NCBI RefSeq assembly: GCF_009914755.1
Contig: NC_060947.1
Length of the DNA: 64,000 nt
Strand: one strand, 5' to 3'
Origin: the human T2T-CHM13v2.0 reference genome, Homo sapiens
Position numbers and translations under genes: made by a program. A model generated the notes under the pieces. That model was given only the letters and a program-made list of their open reading frames with translations. It made no database searches and was not told where the DNA came from. Below are positions 13,248 to 26,732 of this stretch, piece by piece. Position 1 is the first letter of the stretch. Each line of letters starts with the position of its first letter.

Positions 13248-13357
13248 AAAAAGGAGAAATACATTTTAAAAGTGTAAAAATTCAAGAGAAAAGTCTAGAT
13301 CAGAGAGGGGTTCATCAATTGTACTGAATGCTGCTGAGAAGTCAAATAAGATAAAGA
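13248..13357 (+). repeat. ~110-bp direct copy of 11261-11373
   Basis: Hand alignment gives ~11 mismatches over the ~88-bp core 'aagtgtaaa...ctagatcag...ttgtactgaatgctgctgaga...caaataagataaaga'. Confidence 0.85.
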
Positions 13358-16300
13358 AAGTTCCAACCCTGCAGTTGGAACTTGAGTTTTGGCAAGTCTC
13401 GCCACCATGACCTGATGTGCTCTGAGGTCCAAGGTAAACTTGAAAAACAGTCTAAGACACAAGGACTGCAATTCCTAGGCAATTTCTAGTGCTCGGATGG
13501 GCTTAGACCCAGTAGATTAGCTGGCATGTGACTTAGGGAGACACCAGTCAAGGGGCTAAGGGAGTGCTTAAGCCATTCCTCCCACTCCACCGACTACAGG
13601 AAAAGCAGATAATAACAAAAGTGACTCCTTTCTTCTTGAAGAGAGGAGAGCAAAGAGTAAAGAATACTTGTTTTTAATCTTGAATAGAAGCTCAGCCACA
13701 ATAAGATAGGGTGACAGGCAGAGCCATGAGGATCCCATTCCAGATCCTAGCTCCCAGACATTTCTAGACACTCGGTGGTCCAGAAGGGAATGCACTTTCT
13801 TAAATGAAAGAACCCAGTCTGGCAGAATTTATCATCTGCTGACTAAAGAGTCCTTGGGCCCTGAATAACCAACAGCAATACCCAGGTAGTATGCCTTGGG
13901 CCTTGGGTGAGACTTTCATATGTGCTGGCTTTAGGTGTGACCCAGCGCTTTCCCAGCTGTGGTGGCTAGAGTGAAAAAGTTCTGCTTGAGAAAAGCAGAG
14001 AGAAAGGTAAAGGGGACTTTGACTCCTTAGGTACCAACTCAACCACAGTGGGTTAGAGCATCAAGTGGGCATTTGGGGTCTCTGAGTCCAGGTCTAGGCT
14101 CTTGGACAGCATGTTGGACCCACCCTGAGCCAGAGGGAAGCCCATTGCTTTTAAGAGTTGTACCAGGCCTGGCAGCCTTCACCACAAGCTGACTGAAGAG
14201 TCATTGGGTTTTAAGTGAACATCAGTGGTGGACTGGAAAATACCTCATTGTCCTGTGGTTCTGGTGGCCATCAGGAAACACTCCTCTGCCTGTAAAAAGT
14301 GGAGAGACAAGTGAGAAGGAGTTTGCCTCATGGTTTGAGGGCCAGCTTAGCCACAATAAAATAAATCATCAGGAAGATTTCAAAGGTTTTTGACTCCAAT
14401 CTTTGGCTCCCAGATAGCATCTCTGGATCTTCCTGGAGCCTGGGGGACTTCACCATCCTGAAAAGAAGAGCACAAATCTGGCTAGTTACCCCATCTACTT
14501 ATTGTAGAGTCCTAGGGTTTTGAGGGAACATAGGTCATAACCAAGTAGTGTTTATAGCGGGCCTTGGGCAAGACCCAGTGCTGTGCTGGCTTCAGGTCTG
14601 ATGCAGCACAGTCCCAGTGGTGGTGGCCACAGGAATGTTTGTATCACTTCACCCTTAGCTCCAGGTGGCTCAACACACAGAGAGATAATCTGTTTTGGAG
14701 AAAGTAAGGGAAAGAAACAAGAGTGCAGTTCTGGCAATTCAGTTTCAAAGATCTTACTGTAGACTACCAAGGTGGTACCTTTATGAGTCTACAAGAACCA
14801 CAACTTTATTGCACTTTGGGCCCAAGTCCTTTAAAATACCTGGAAAGCCTTCTCAAGTAAGGCAGACACAAGCAAACTCAGACTGTGAAGACTAAAGTAA
14901 ATATCTAACTATTTAAAGCCTAGAAATGAACGAACACCCACTGGCATTAAGACCATCCAGGAAAACATGACTTCACCAAATAAACTAAACAAGGCAGTAG
15001 GAACCAATAGTGAAGAAACAGAAATACGTGACCTTTCAAACATGGAAATCAAAACAGTTGTTTTGAGGAAACTCACAGAAATTCAACATAACACAGAGAA
15101 GGAATTAAAAATTCTATCAGATAAATTTAATAAAGAGATTGAAATAATTAAAAAGAACCAAGCAGAAATTCCAGAGTTGAAAAATGCAATTGACATACTG
15201 AAGAATGCATCAGTCTATTTTATAAGCAGAATTAATCTAGTAAAATAAAGGATTAGTGAGTTGAAGGCAGGCTATTTGAAAATAAACAGTCAGGGAGACA
15301 AAATAAGAATAAAAATAATGAAGCATGCTGACAAAGTCTAGAAAATAGCCTCATAAGGGCAAATCTAAGAGTTATTGGCCTTAAACAAGAGATACAGAAA
15401 AAATGGGGTAGAAAATATATTCAAGGAAATAATATCAGAGAATATCACAAACCTGGAGAAATATATCAACATTCAGGTACAAGAAAGTTATAGAACAAAA
15501 AGAACGCTAACACAAAGCATATAATAATCAAACTTTCAAAAGTCAAAGATAAAGAAAAGATCCTAAATGCAGCAAGAATAAAAAAAAATAATAATAACAT
15601 ACAATGGAGACCCAGGACATTTGGCAGCAAACATAGTGGAAACCTTACAGGTCAGGAGAGAGTGACATGACATATTTAAAGTGCTGAAGAAAAAATTAAA
15701 AAAAAAATTTACCCTAGAATAGTACATTTAGCAAAAATATTCTTCAAGAATAAAATAGAAATAAAAACTTTTCCAGACAAACTAAAGCTGAGAGATTTTA
15801 TAAACACCAGATTTATCCTAATGCTAAAGAGAGTTCTTCAATCTGAACAAAAAGGATGTTAATGTGCATTAAGAAATCATTTGAGGTTACAAAACTCACT
15901 GGTAATACTAAGTACTCACAAAAGTACAGAAAATCATAGCACTGTAATTGTGGTGTGTGAACTACCTTTAAACAGAAAATCTAAATGATGAACTAAACAA
16001 AGCTAATTACAATAACTTTTCAAGACATAGAACAATAAGACATAAAGAGAAACAACAAAATGTTAAAGAAGAGGGCACGAAGATAAAGTGTAGCTTCTAT
16101 TTGTTTTCTTTTTGTTTGTTTGTTTAGGCAAATAGTATTAAGTTGTCAACAGATTAAAATAACGAACTATAAAATTGTATTTGCAAGCCTCATGGTAACT
16201 TCAAATGGAAAAACATATATCAGATTCACAAAAAATAGAAAGCAATAAATTAAATAATACCACTACAGGAAATCACCTTTGCTAAAAGTAAAACAATAAG

Positions 16301-17544
16301 GAAATAGAGAAGAAAGAGGTTACATAACAAACAAAAAATAACAAAATGGCAGGAATAAGTCTTTATCAATAATAACATTGTATGTAAATGCATTAAATGT
16401 AAATGTACTACACTCTCCAATCAAAAGACATAAAGTGACTGAATGGATAAACAAGCAAGGCCCAATTATCTGTTGACTACAAGAATCATACTACACCTAT
16501 AACGATACACACAGACAGAAAATAAAGTGATGGAAAATATTATTCCATGCCAGTAGAAACCAGAAAAGTGCAGGAGTAGATATATCTATATTAGACAAGA
16601 TAGATTTCCAGATGAAAAATTATAAGAAGAGACAAAAAAATGGTCACTATATAAGAAAAAGGAATCAATTCAGCAAGACAAAAATTAACAAACATAAATA
16701 TATACACATCCAATGCTGGAGCATCCAAATATATAAAGCAAATATTATTATAGCCAAAGAGAGAGACAGGCCCCAATACAATAATAACTGGAGATTTCAA
16801 CGTCTCACTCTTCTCACTGGACAGATCTTCTAGACGGAAAATCAACCAAGAAATTTCAGACTTAATCTGCACTATAGAAAAAAAAATAAACCTAATAGAT
16901 ACTTACAGAAAATTTTCTCCAATGGCAAAAACACATTTTTCTTTTCAGCACATAAATAATTCTCAAGGATATATTATACTTAGGTGAAAAAGCAAGTCTT
17001 CAAGCATTCAAAAATTGAAATAATATCAAACATCTTCTATGACTACAATGAAATCTAGAAATCAATAACAAGAGAAATTTTGGGAACTATAAAAACACAT
17101 AAAAATTAAACAATACACTTCTGAATGACCAGTGGGTCAATTAAGAAATTTTAAAAATTAAAAAATGTCTTGAAACAAATAATAAATGCAAGACAACACA
17201 TTAAAACATATGGGACACAGTAAAAGCAGTACTCAGAGGGAAATTTATAGCCATAAGGGCCTACAGCAAAAAAGACGAAAAACTTCAAATAACCTAATGA
17301 TGCATTTTAAAGTACTAGAAAAGCCAGAGCAAATCAAACGCAAAATCAGTCCTAGCTAGAGAAATCAGACAAGAGAAAAAAATTGAGGGCATCCTAATTT
17401 GAAGGGAAGAAGTCAATTATCTCTTTACAGATGATATGGTCTTATATTTGGAAACACCTAAATATTACACCAAAAATCTGTTAGAACTTGTAAACAAATC
17501 TGGCAAAGTTGCAAGATACAAAATCAGCATACAGAAATCAATAA

Positions 17545-17884
<340 letters not shown>

Positions 17885-20143
17885 AGAAATCAATAACATT
17901 TCTTTATGTCAACTATGAACACTCTGAAAAAGAAATCAAGAAAGTAGTTTCATTTACAATAGCTACATATAAAATGAAATACTTAGAAATGACTTTAAAC
18001 AAAGAAGTGAAAGATCTCTAAAATGAAAACTATGAAACACTGATGAAAGAAATTGAAGAGGACACAAAAAATAAAAAAAAAATGTATCTTCATGGGCTGG
18101 AATAATCAATGTTTTTTAAAAGCACATACTACCCAAAACAATCTACAGATTGAACAGAATCCTTATTAAAATATTAATGACTTTTTTTCACAGACATAGA
18201 AAATACAATCCTAAAATTTATATGGAACCACAAAAGTATAGCCATCCTGAGCAAAGGGAATGAAACTGGAGGAATTATATTACAGGACTTAAAACCATAC
18301 TACAGAGCTATAAGTAATCAAAATAGCATGGCACTGGCATAAAAACAGACACATAGGCCAATAGAACAGAATAGATAACTCAGAAACAAATCCATGCATC
18401 TACAGTGAACTCCTTTTCGACAAAGTTACCAGAAACATAAATCGGGAAAAGGACTATCTCTTCAATAAATGCTGCTGGGAAAACTAAATATATATAGGAA
18501 GGAAAATGAATATAGACCCCTATCTCTCACAAAACACAGAAAATCAACTTAAAATGCATTACAGATTTAAATCTAAGACATAAATATTTTAAAATCCTAA
18601 AAGAAAACCTTCAGGAATCTCTCCAGAACACTGGTCTGGACAATTATTTTTTTGAGTAATATTTCAGAAGTACAGGCAACCAAAACAAAAATGGACAAAT
18701 GGGATCACATCAAGTAAAATAGTTTCTGCACAGCAAAGGAACCAGTCAACAAAGTGAAGTAAAAACCCACACAATGGGCGATAATATTTGCAAACTATTT
18801 ATCTGACAAGGGATTAATTACCAGAATATAGAAGGAGCTGAAATAACGCTATAAGAAAGAAAATTTAATAATTCAATTAAAAATGGGCAAAAGATCTGAA
18901 TGAACATTTTTTTGAAGAAGACATGCAAAGGGCAAGCAGGCATATAAAAAGGTTTTTGACGCCATTGATCATCAGGGAAATCCAAATCAAAACTGTAATG
19001 AAATATTTTCTCACCCCAGTTAAAATGGCTTTTATCCAAAAGACAGGCAATAATAAATGCTAGCGAGGATGTGGACAATAGGGAATTCACCTACACTGTT
19101 GGTCAGAATGTAAATTAATATTACCACTATGAAGAACACTTTGGAGGTTCCTCAAAAACTAAAAGTAGAGCTCCCATATGATCCATCAATCACATTGCTA
19201 GATATATGCCCGAAAGAAAGGAAATTAATATATGGAAGTGGTATCTGCACACTCATGTTTATTGCAGTACTATTCATAGTCACTATGCTAAGGAATCAAC
19301 CTAAGTGTCTATCAATAGACCAATGGATATAGAAAATATGGTATATATACACAATGGAATACTGTTTATTCTTGAGAAAAAAAGAAAATCTTATAACTTG
19401 GGACAATATGTATCACCCTGAAAGACTTATATTAAACGTAATAAGCCAGGAAGAAAGACAAACTTTGCATGTTCTCACACATTTTTGGGGAGCTAAAATG
19501 TAATACAATTGAACTAATGGTGATATAGAGTAGAATGCTGGTTACCAGAAGTTAGGAATAGTAGTAGGGGGTTGGAGAGAAAGTGGGATTTCTTGATGGG
19601 TACAAAATTACAGTTGGTTAAAATGAGTATGGTCTAGTATTGCTAGCACAACAGGGTGACTACAGCCAACAGTAATTAATTGTATATTGTAAAGTAAAAG
19701 AGTATAATTGGAATGTTCATAATGCAAATAATGAGAAATGCTTGAGGTCATGGATACCCCATTTAACTTGATGCAATTATTACACATGTATATCTGTACC
19801 AAAATTATTCATGTTTCCCATAATACATACACACATTATGGAAAAAGATGCAAATTTCATTTTATTTAGGAAATATACTTCAAGAAATTAATCACATATA
19901 CATTTATAAACAAGTTATATATATGTTTGTTATATATATATGTTAGTTCATTTAACAGAGGTTCTAATAGCAAAAAGCTAGAAACCTATGTATCCATATA
20001 AAGGGGACTGGTTTAGTAAATTATGAATAAACTATGGCTCATCCATACAATGGAGTAATATGCATATGTAAAAATAAAAGAATAAGATATTTTTCTAGGC
20101 ACCAATTCAGAAAGATCTCAGGAATATATTAAGTAAAAAATGC

Positions 20144-20696
20144 GGGCAACACCCTTTGGGTCCCCTCCCTTTGTATGGGAGCTCTGTTTTTACTCTATTT
20201 CACTCTATTAAATCTCACAACTGCACTCTTCTTGTCCATGTTTGTTATGGCTTGAGCTGAGCTTTTGCTTGCCGTCCACCACTGCTGTTTGCCACTGTCA
20301 CAGATCCACTGCTGGCTCCCATCCTGCCACTGACTCCCATGCCTCCAGATCCAGCAGGGTGTCTGCTGTTCTCCTGATCCAGCAAGACTCCCATTGCCAC
20401 TCCCAATTTTGCTAAAGGTTTGCCATTGTTTCTGCATGGCTAAGTGCCTAGGTTCATCCTAATCGAGCTGAACATTAGTCACTGGTTTCCATGGTTCTCT
20501 TGCATGACCCACAGCTTCTAATAGAGCTGTAACACTCATCACATGGCCCAAGATTCCATTCCTTGGAATCCGTGAGGCCAAGAACCCCAGGTCAGAGAAC
20601 ACGAGGCTTGCCACCATCTTGGAAGTGGCCCACCGCCATCTTGGAAGTGGCTCGCCACCATCTTGGGAGCTCTGTGAGCAAGGACCCCCGGTAACA
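20144..20696 (+). repeat. Truncated 5' LTR17 (R-U5 only)
   Basis: R 'ggcaacaccctttgggtcccctccctttgtatgggagctctg'. Three copies of 'gcc(a/g)ccatcttgg' in U5. Ends 'ggtaaca' before the PBS. Confidence 0.92.
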
Positions 20697-20699
20697 TTT

Positions 20700-20733
20700 T
20701 GGCGATCACAAAGGGACCTCCAAAGTGGTGAGT
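20700..20733 (+). promoter_or_regulatory. HERV-W primer-binding site (20700-20717) and major splice donor (GT at 20728)
   Basis: 'tggcgatcacaaagggac' lies 3 nt after the LTR end and is followed by 'caaagtg|gtgagt'. Confidence 0.82.
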
Positions 20734-21395
20734 AATATTGGACCACTTTCGCTGCTATTCTGTCCTATCCTTCCTTAGAATTGGAGGAAAATACTGGGCA
20801 CCTGTCGGCCAGTTAAAAACGATTAGCATGGCTGCAGTACTTAAGACTCAGGTGCGAGGCTATCTGGGGAAGCACTTTCTAAAAACCCCCAACCCTTCTG
20901 GGTTGGGGACGTTGGTCTGGGTGGAGCCAGCTTCCACTTTCAATTTTCTTGGGGAAGCCAAGGGCTGACTAGAGGCAGAAAGCTGTCATCCTGAACTCCT
21001 GGCAGTAGCCGGTTGAGATCATGGCGCAGCCAGAAGTCTCTACTCAACAGTCACCCATGCATGCACCCCTACCTTTCCTTCTGACCCATACCTCCTGGGT
21101 CCCAACAATGACTTTTTGAAACTGTAGCCCCAAAATTCTCCTTATCTCTGAATCTACTTCCTCTGATCTCTGTCTCCTAGGTACTAATGGTCCAGACTTT
21201 CATTTCCTCTTGCAAGTTGTATCTCCAAAGGGATCTAAGGAAGCTCTATGCTGTGTCCTTGGGCATCTAGGCTATAACCCAGGGAGTCTTATCCCTGGTG
21301 TCCTTCTCAATTTAAGTATACAGCTCTCGACATGGGCAGTTATGTGGGACCCGTTCCCCACCACCCTTGCCAGGGCCCTAAGTTTGTAATGGCTA

Positions 21396-21555
21396 AGAGA
21401 GAGATGGAGAGAGAGATGGAGAGAGAGAGAGATGGAGAGAGAGAGAGATGGAGAGAGAGATGGAGAGAGATGGAGAGAGAGAGAGATGGAGAGAGAGAGA
21501 GACAGAGAGAGAGACAAAGAAGGAGTCAAAGAGAAAGAAAGAAAAAGATAGAAAT

Positions 21556-21600
<45 letters not shown>
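21396..21600. repeat. AG-rich polypurine microsatellite of the HERV-W leader ending in A41
   Basis: Repeated (ga)n-tg units, then an uninterrupted A-run at 21559-21599. Confidence 0.95.
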
Positions 21601-21601
<1 letters not shown>

Positions 21602-22683
21602 GTGCCCTATTCCTTTAAAAGCCAGGGTAAATTTAAAACCTGTGATTGATAATTGAAGGTCTTCTCCGTGACCCTGTAACACTCCAATGCCACTTTGTTG
21701 TCAGTGTAAATAAGAGTGTAGCCCGAAAGCACTGAGGCCACTGACAACCCATAGCTTTCCTATCAAAAATCCTTAACCCAGTAACCCGCGGATGGGCCAA
21801 ATGCATTCAGTCAGTAGCGGCAACTGCTTTGCTAAAAGTAGAAAAGTAACTTTTAGAGGAAACCTCATTGTGAGCACACCTCACCAGTTCAGAATTATTC
21901 TAAGTCAAATAAAAAAATGCAAAAAGTAGCTTACTAACTCAAAAATCTTAAAGTATAGGGCTATTATATTAGAAAAGGGTAATGTAACTCCAACCACTGA
22001 TAATTCCCTTAACCCAGCAGATTTCCTAACAGGGAATTTAAATCTTAATTACCATACAAAGGTCCGACCAGACCTAGGAGGAACTCCCCTCAGGACAGTA
22101 CAATAGATAGTTCCTCCCAGGTGATTGAGGAAAAAACCACAGTGGGTATTCAGTAATTGATATGGAGACTCTTGAGGAAGCAGAGTTAGAAAAATTGCTT
22201 AATAATTGGTCTCCTCAAATGTACGAGCTGTTTGCACTCAGCCAAGCCTTAAAGTACTTACAGAATCAAAAGACTATCTCAATCCTGACTCAAAAGGTTC
22301 ACTACACCCTCTCTGGAATGAATTTTCATAAGAACTATTGTTTTTGGGAATGCATCTTGATGGGGCAGCTGAGTTGTTATGAAATACTCAGGAACCCAGC
22401 CCAGCTCTAGGACTCACCCCTGAGTGCAAAGGCAATGTTGGGCACGCTGGTAAAGGACCACTAGAGTCCAGCAGCCCAGACCCCTTTCTTTGTGGTCAAG
22501 AGAGGCGGGAAAATAGGTGCAGGACTGCTATATCAGTGAGCGTAACTAATCCTATAAGCAGAGGTCCACGGGTGGTTACGCACGCTGGAAAAGAATAAGC
22601 ATTAGGCCCTTAGAGGATGCTCTAGGACTAATGCTCATCGGAAAATGACTAGGGGTGCTGGCATCCATATGTTCTTTTTTCAG

Positions 22684-24125
22684 ATGGTAAACGTTCCCCC
22701 CACCCCAAGGCAAAAATGCCCCTAAGATATATTCTGGAGAATTAGGACCAATTTGACCCTCAGGCGCTAAGAAAGAAATGACAGATTCTTCTGCAGTACT
22801 GCCTGGCCATGATATCCTCTTCCAGGGGAGAAACTTGGCCTCCTGAGGGAAGTGTAAATTATAACACCATCTTACAGCTAGATCTCTTCTGTAGAAAGGA
22901 GGGCAAATGGAGTGAAGTGCCATATGTGCAAACTTTCTTTTCATTAAGAGACAACTCATAATTATGTAAAAAGTGTGGTTTATGCCCTACAGGAAGCCCT
23001 CAGAGTCTACCTCCCTATCCCAGTGTCCCCCCAACTCCTTCCCCAACTAATAAGGACCCCCCTTTTACCCAAATGGTCTAAAGGAGATAGACAAAAGGAT
23101 AAACAATGAACCAAACAGTGCCAATATTCCCCGATTAAGCCCCCTCCAAGCAGTGGGAGGAGGAGAATTCGGCCCAGCCAGAGTGCATGTACCTTTTTCT
23201 CTCTCAGACTTAAAGCAAATTAAAATAGACCTAGGTAAATTCTCAGATAACTCTGACGGCTATATTGATGTTTTACAAGGGTAGGACAATCGTTTGATCT
23301 GACATGGAGAGATATAATGTTACTGCTAAATCAGACACTAACCCCAAATGAGAGAAGTGCCACCATAACTGCAGCCTGAGAGTTTGGCGATCTCTGGTAT
23401 CTCAGTTAGGTCAATGATAGGATGACAACAGAGGAAAGAGAATGATTCCCCACAGGCCAGCAGGCAATTCTCAGTGTAGACCCTCACTGGGATACAGAAT
23501 CAGAACATGGAGATTGGTGCCGCAGACATTTGCTAACTTGCATGCTAGAAGGACTAAGGAAAACTAGGAAGACTATGAATTATTCAGTGATGTCCACTAT
23601 AACACAGGGAAAGGAAGAAAATCCTACTGCCTTTCTGGAGAGACTAAGGGAGGCATGAAGGAAGCATACCTCTCTGTCGCCTGACTCTATTGAAGGCCAA
23701 CTAATCTTAAAGGATAAGTTTATCACATTAGAAAAAAACTTCAGAAGTCTGCCTTAGGCCCAGAGCAAAACGTAGAAACCCTATTGAACTTAGCAACCTC
23801 AGTTTTTTATAATAGAGATCAGTAGGAGCAGGCGGAATGGGACAAATGGGATAAAAAAAAAGACCACCACTTTAGTCATGGCCCTCAGGCAAGCGGCCTT
23901 GGAGGCTCTGGAAAAGGGAAAAGCTGGGAAAATAGAATGACTACTAGGGCTTGCTTCCAGTGTGGTCTACAAGGATACTTTAAAAAAGATTGTCCAAGTA
24001 GAAGTAAGCTGCCCTCTCGTCCATGCCCCTTATGTCAAAGGAATCACTGGAAGGCCCACTGCCCCAGGGGATGAAGGTCCTCTGAGTCAGAAGCCACTAA
24101 CCAGATGATGCAGCAGCAGGACTGA
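22684..24125 (+). pseudogene. gag: HERV-W gag, disrupted by stops and frameshifts
   Basis: Start 'atggtaaacgttcccc'. MHR-like 'acacagggaaaggaagaaaatcctactgcctttctggagagacta'. Zinc knuckles CFQCGLQGYFKKDC (His to Tyr) and CPLCQRNHWKAHC. Ends 'cagcagcaggactga'. Confidence 0.88.
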
Positions 24126-26710
24126 GGGTGCCTGGGGCAAGTGCCAGCCCATGCCATCACCCTCACAGAGCCCCAGATATGCTTGAACATTGAGGGCCAT
24201 TAGGTTAACTGTCTCCTAGACACTGGCGTGGCCTTCTCAGTCTTACTCTCCTGTCCCAGACAACTGTCCTCCAGATCTGTCACTATCCTAGGGGTCCTAG
24301 GACAGCCAGTCACTAGATACTACTCCCAGGCACTAAGCTGTGACTGAGGAGCTTTACTCTTTTCATATGCTTTTCTAATTATGCCTGAAAGCCCCATTCC
24401 CTTGTTAGGGAGAGACATTCTAGCAAAAGCAGGCGCCATTATACACCTGAACATAGGAGAAGGAACACCCATTTGTTGTCCCCTGCTTGAGGAAGGAATT
24501 AATCCTAAAGTCTAGGCAACAGAAGGACAACATAGATGAGCAAAGAATGCCCGTCCTGTTCAAGTTAAACTAAAGGATTCTGCCTCCTTTCCCTACCCCC
24601 TCAGACTCGAGGCCCAACAGGACTCCAAAAGTTTGTTAAGGACCTAAAAGCCCAAGGCCTAGTAAAAGCATGCAATAGCCCCTGCAATACTCCAATTTTA
24701 GGAGTACAGAAGCCCAACGGATAGTAGAGGTTAGTGCAAGATCTCAGGATTATCAGTGAGGCTGTTGTTTCTCTATACCCAGCTGTACCTAGCCCTTATA
24801 CTCTGCTTTCCCAAATACCAGAGGAAGCAGAGTGGTTTACAGTCCTGGACGTTAAGGATGCCTTTTTCTGCATCCCTGTACATCCTGACTCTCAATTCTT
24901 GTTTGCCTTTGAAGATCCTTCAAACCCAACGTCTCAACTCACCTGGACTGTTTTACCCCAAGGGTTCAAGGATAGCCCCCATCTATTTGGCCAGGCATTA
25001 GCCCAAGACTTGAGCCAATTCTCATACATGGACACTCTTGTCCTTTGGTATGGGGATGATTTAATTTTAGCCACCCATTCAGAAACCTTGTGCCATCAAG
25101 CCACCCAAGTGCTCTTAAATTTCCTCACTACCTGTGGCTACAAGGTTTCCAAACGAAAGGCTCAGCTCTGCTCACAGCAGGTTAAGTACTTAGGGCTAAA
25201 ATTATCCAAAGGCACCACGGCCCTCAGTGAGGAATGTATCCAGCCTAAACTGGCTTATCCTCATCCCAGAACCCTAAAGCAACTAAGAGCATTCCTTGGC
25301 ATAACAGGCTTCTGCCAAATGTGGATTCCCAGGTACAGCAAAATAGCCAGGCCATTATATACACTAATTAAGGAAACTCAGAAAGCCAATACCCATTTAG
25401 TAAGATGGACACCTGAAGCAGAAGCAGCTTTCCATACCCTAAAGAAGGCCCTAACCCAAGCCCCAGTGTTAAGCTTGCCAACAGGGCAAGACTTTTCTTT
25501 ATATGTCACAGAAGAAAAAGGAATAGCTCTAGGAGTCCTTATACAGGTCCGAGGGACGAGCTTGCAACCTGTGGCATACCTGAATAAAGAAAATGATGTA
25601 GTAGCAAAGGGTTGGCCTCATTGTTTACGGGTAGTGACAGCAGTAGCAGTCTTAGTATCTGAAGCAGTTAAAATAATACAGGAGATCTTACTCTGTGGAC
25701 ATCTCATGATGTGAACAGCATACTCACTGCTAAAGGAGACTTGTGGATGTCAGACAACCGTTTACTTAAATATCAGGCTCTATTACTTGAAGGGCCAGTG
25801 CTGCAACTGCGCACTTGTGCAACTCTTAACCCAGCCACATTTCTTCCAGACAATGAAGAAAAGAAAGAACATAACTGTCAACAAGTAATTGTTCAAACCA
25901 ACGCCACTCAAGGGGATTTTTAGAGTTTCCCTTGACTGATCCTGACCTCAACTTGTATACTGATGGAAGTTCCTTTTTAGGAAAAGGACCTGAAAAGTGG
26001 GGTATGCAGTGGTCAGTAATAATGTAATACTTGAAAGTAATCCCCTCACTCCAGGAACTAGTGCTCAGCTGGCAGAACTAATAGCCCTCACTCGGGCACT
26101 AGAATTAGGAGAAGGGAAAAGTGTAAATATATATACAGACTCTAAGTATGCTTACCTAGTCCTCCATGCCAAGGAAGCAATATGGAGAGAAAGGGAATTC
26201 CTAACTTCCAAGGAAACACCTATCAAACATCAGGAAGCCATTAGGAGATTACTACTAGCTGTACAGAAACCTAAAGAAGTGACAGTCTTACACTGCCCGG
26301 GTCACCAGAAAGGAAAGGAAAAGGAAATAGGAAGGAACCACCAAGCGGATATTGAAGCCAAAAGAGCCACAAGGCAGGACTCTCCATTAGAAATGCTTAT
26401 AGAAGGACCCTTAGTATGGGGTAATCCCCTCCAGGAAACCAAGCCCCAGTACTCAGAAGAAGAAATAGAATGAGGAAACTCATGAAGACATAGTTTCCTC
26501 CCCTCAGGATGGCCAGCCACCGAAGAAGGAAAAATACTTATGCCTGCAGCTAACCAATGGAAATTACTTAAAACCCTTCACCAAACCTTTCACTTAGGCA
26601 TTGATAGCACCCATCAGATGGCCAAATTATTATTTACTGGACCAGGCCTTTCAAAGCTACCAAGCAGATAGTCAGGGCCTATAAAGTGTGCTGAAGAAGT
26701 AATCCCCTGC
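24126..26710 (+). pseudogene. pol: HERV-W pro-pol, disrupted (protease, RT, RNase H, start of integrase)
   Basis: Protease LLDTGVA at ~24213. ORF 24734-25714 has DVKDAFF, LPQGFKDSP, YGDD and YLG. ORF 25997-26473 has RNase H SAQLAELIAL, YTDSKY and NHQAD. Confidence 0.93.
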
Positions 26711-26732
26711 ACTGCAGGCCATACATTTCAAT

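Noticed and set aside
20609-20670. Three short direct repeats resembling a CRISPR-like array
   Set aside because: Repeats of the LTR17 U5 region with no unique spacers, in a eukaryotic context with no cas genes.
21272-21682. Low-complexity ORFs (poly-F/SL on minus, ER/K-rich on plus)
   Set aside because: They are translations of the AG-rich microsatellite and A41 run.
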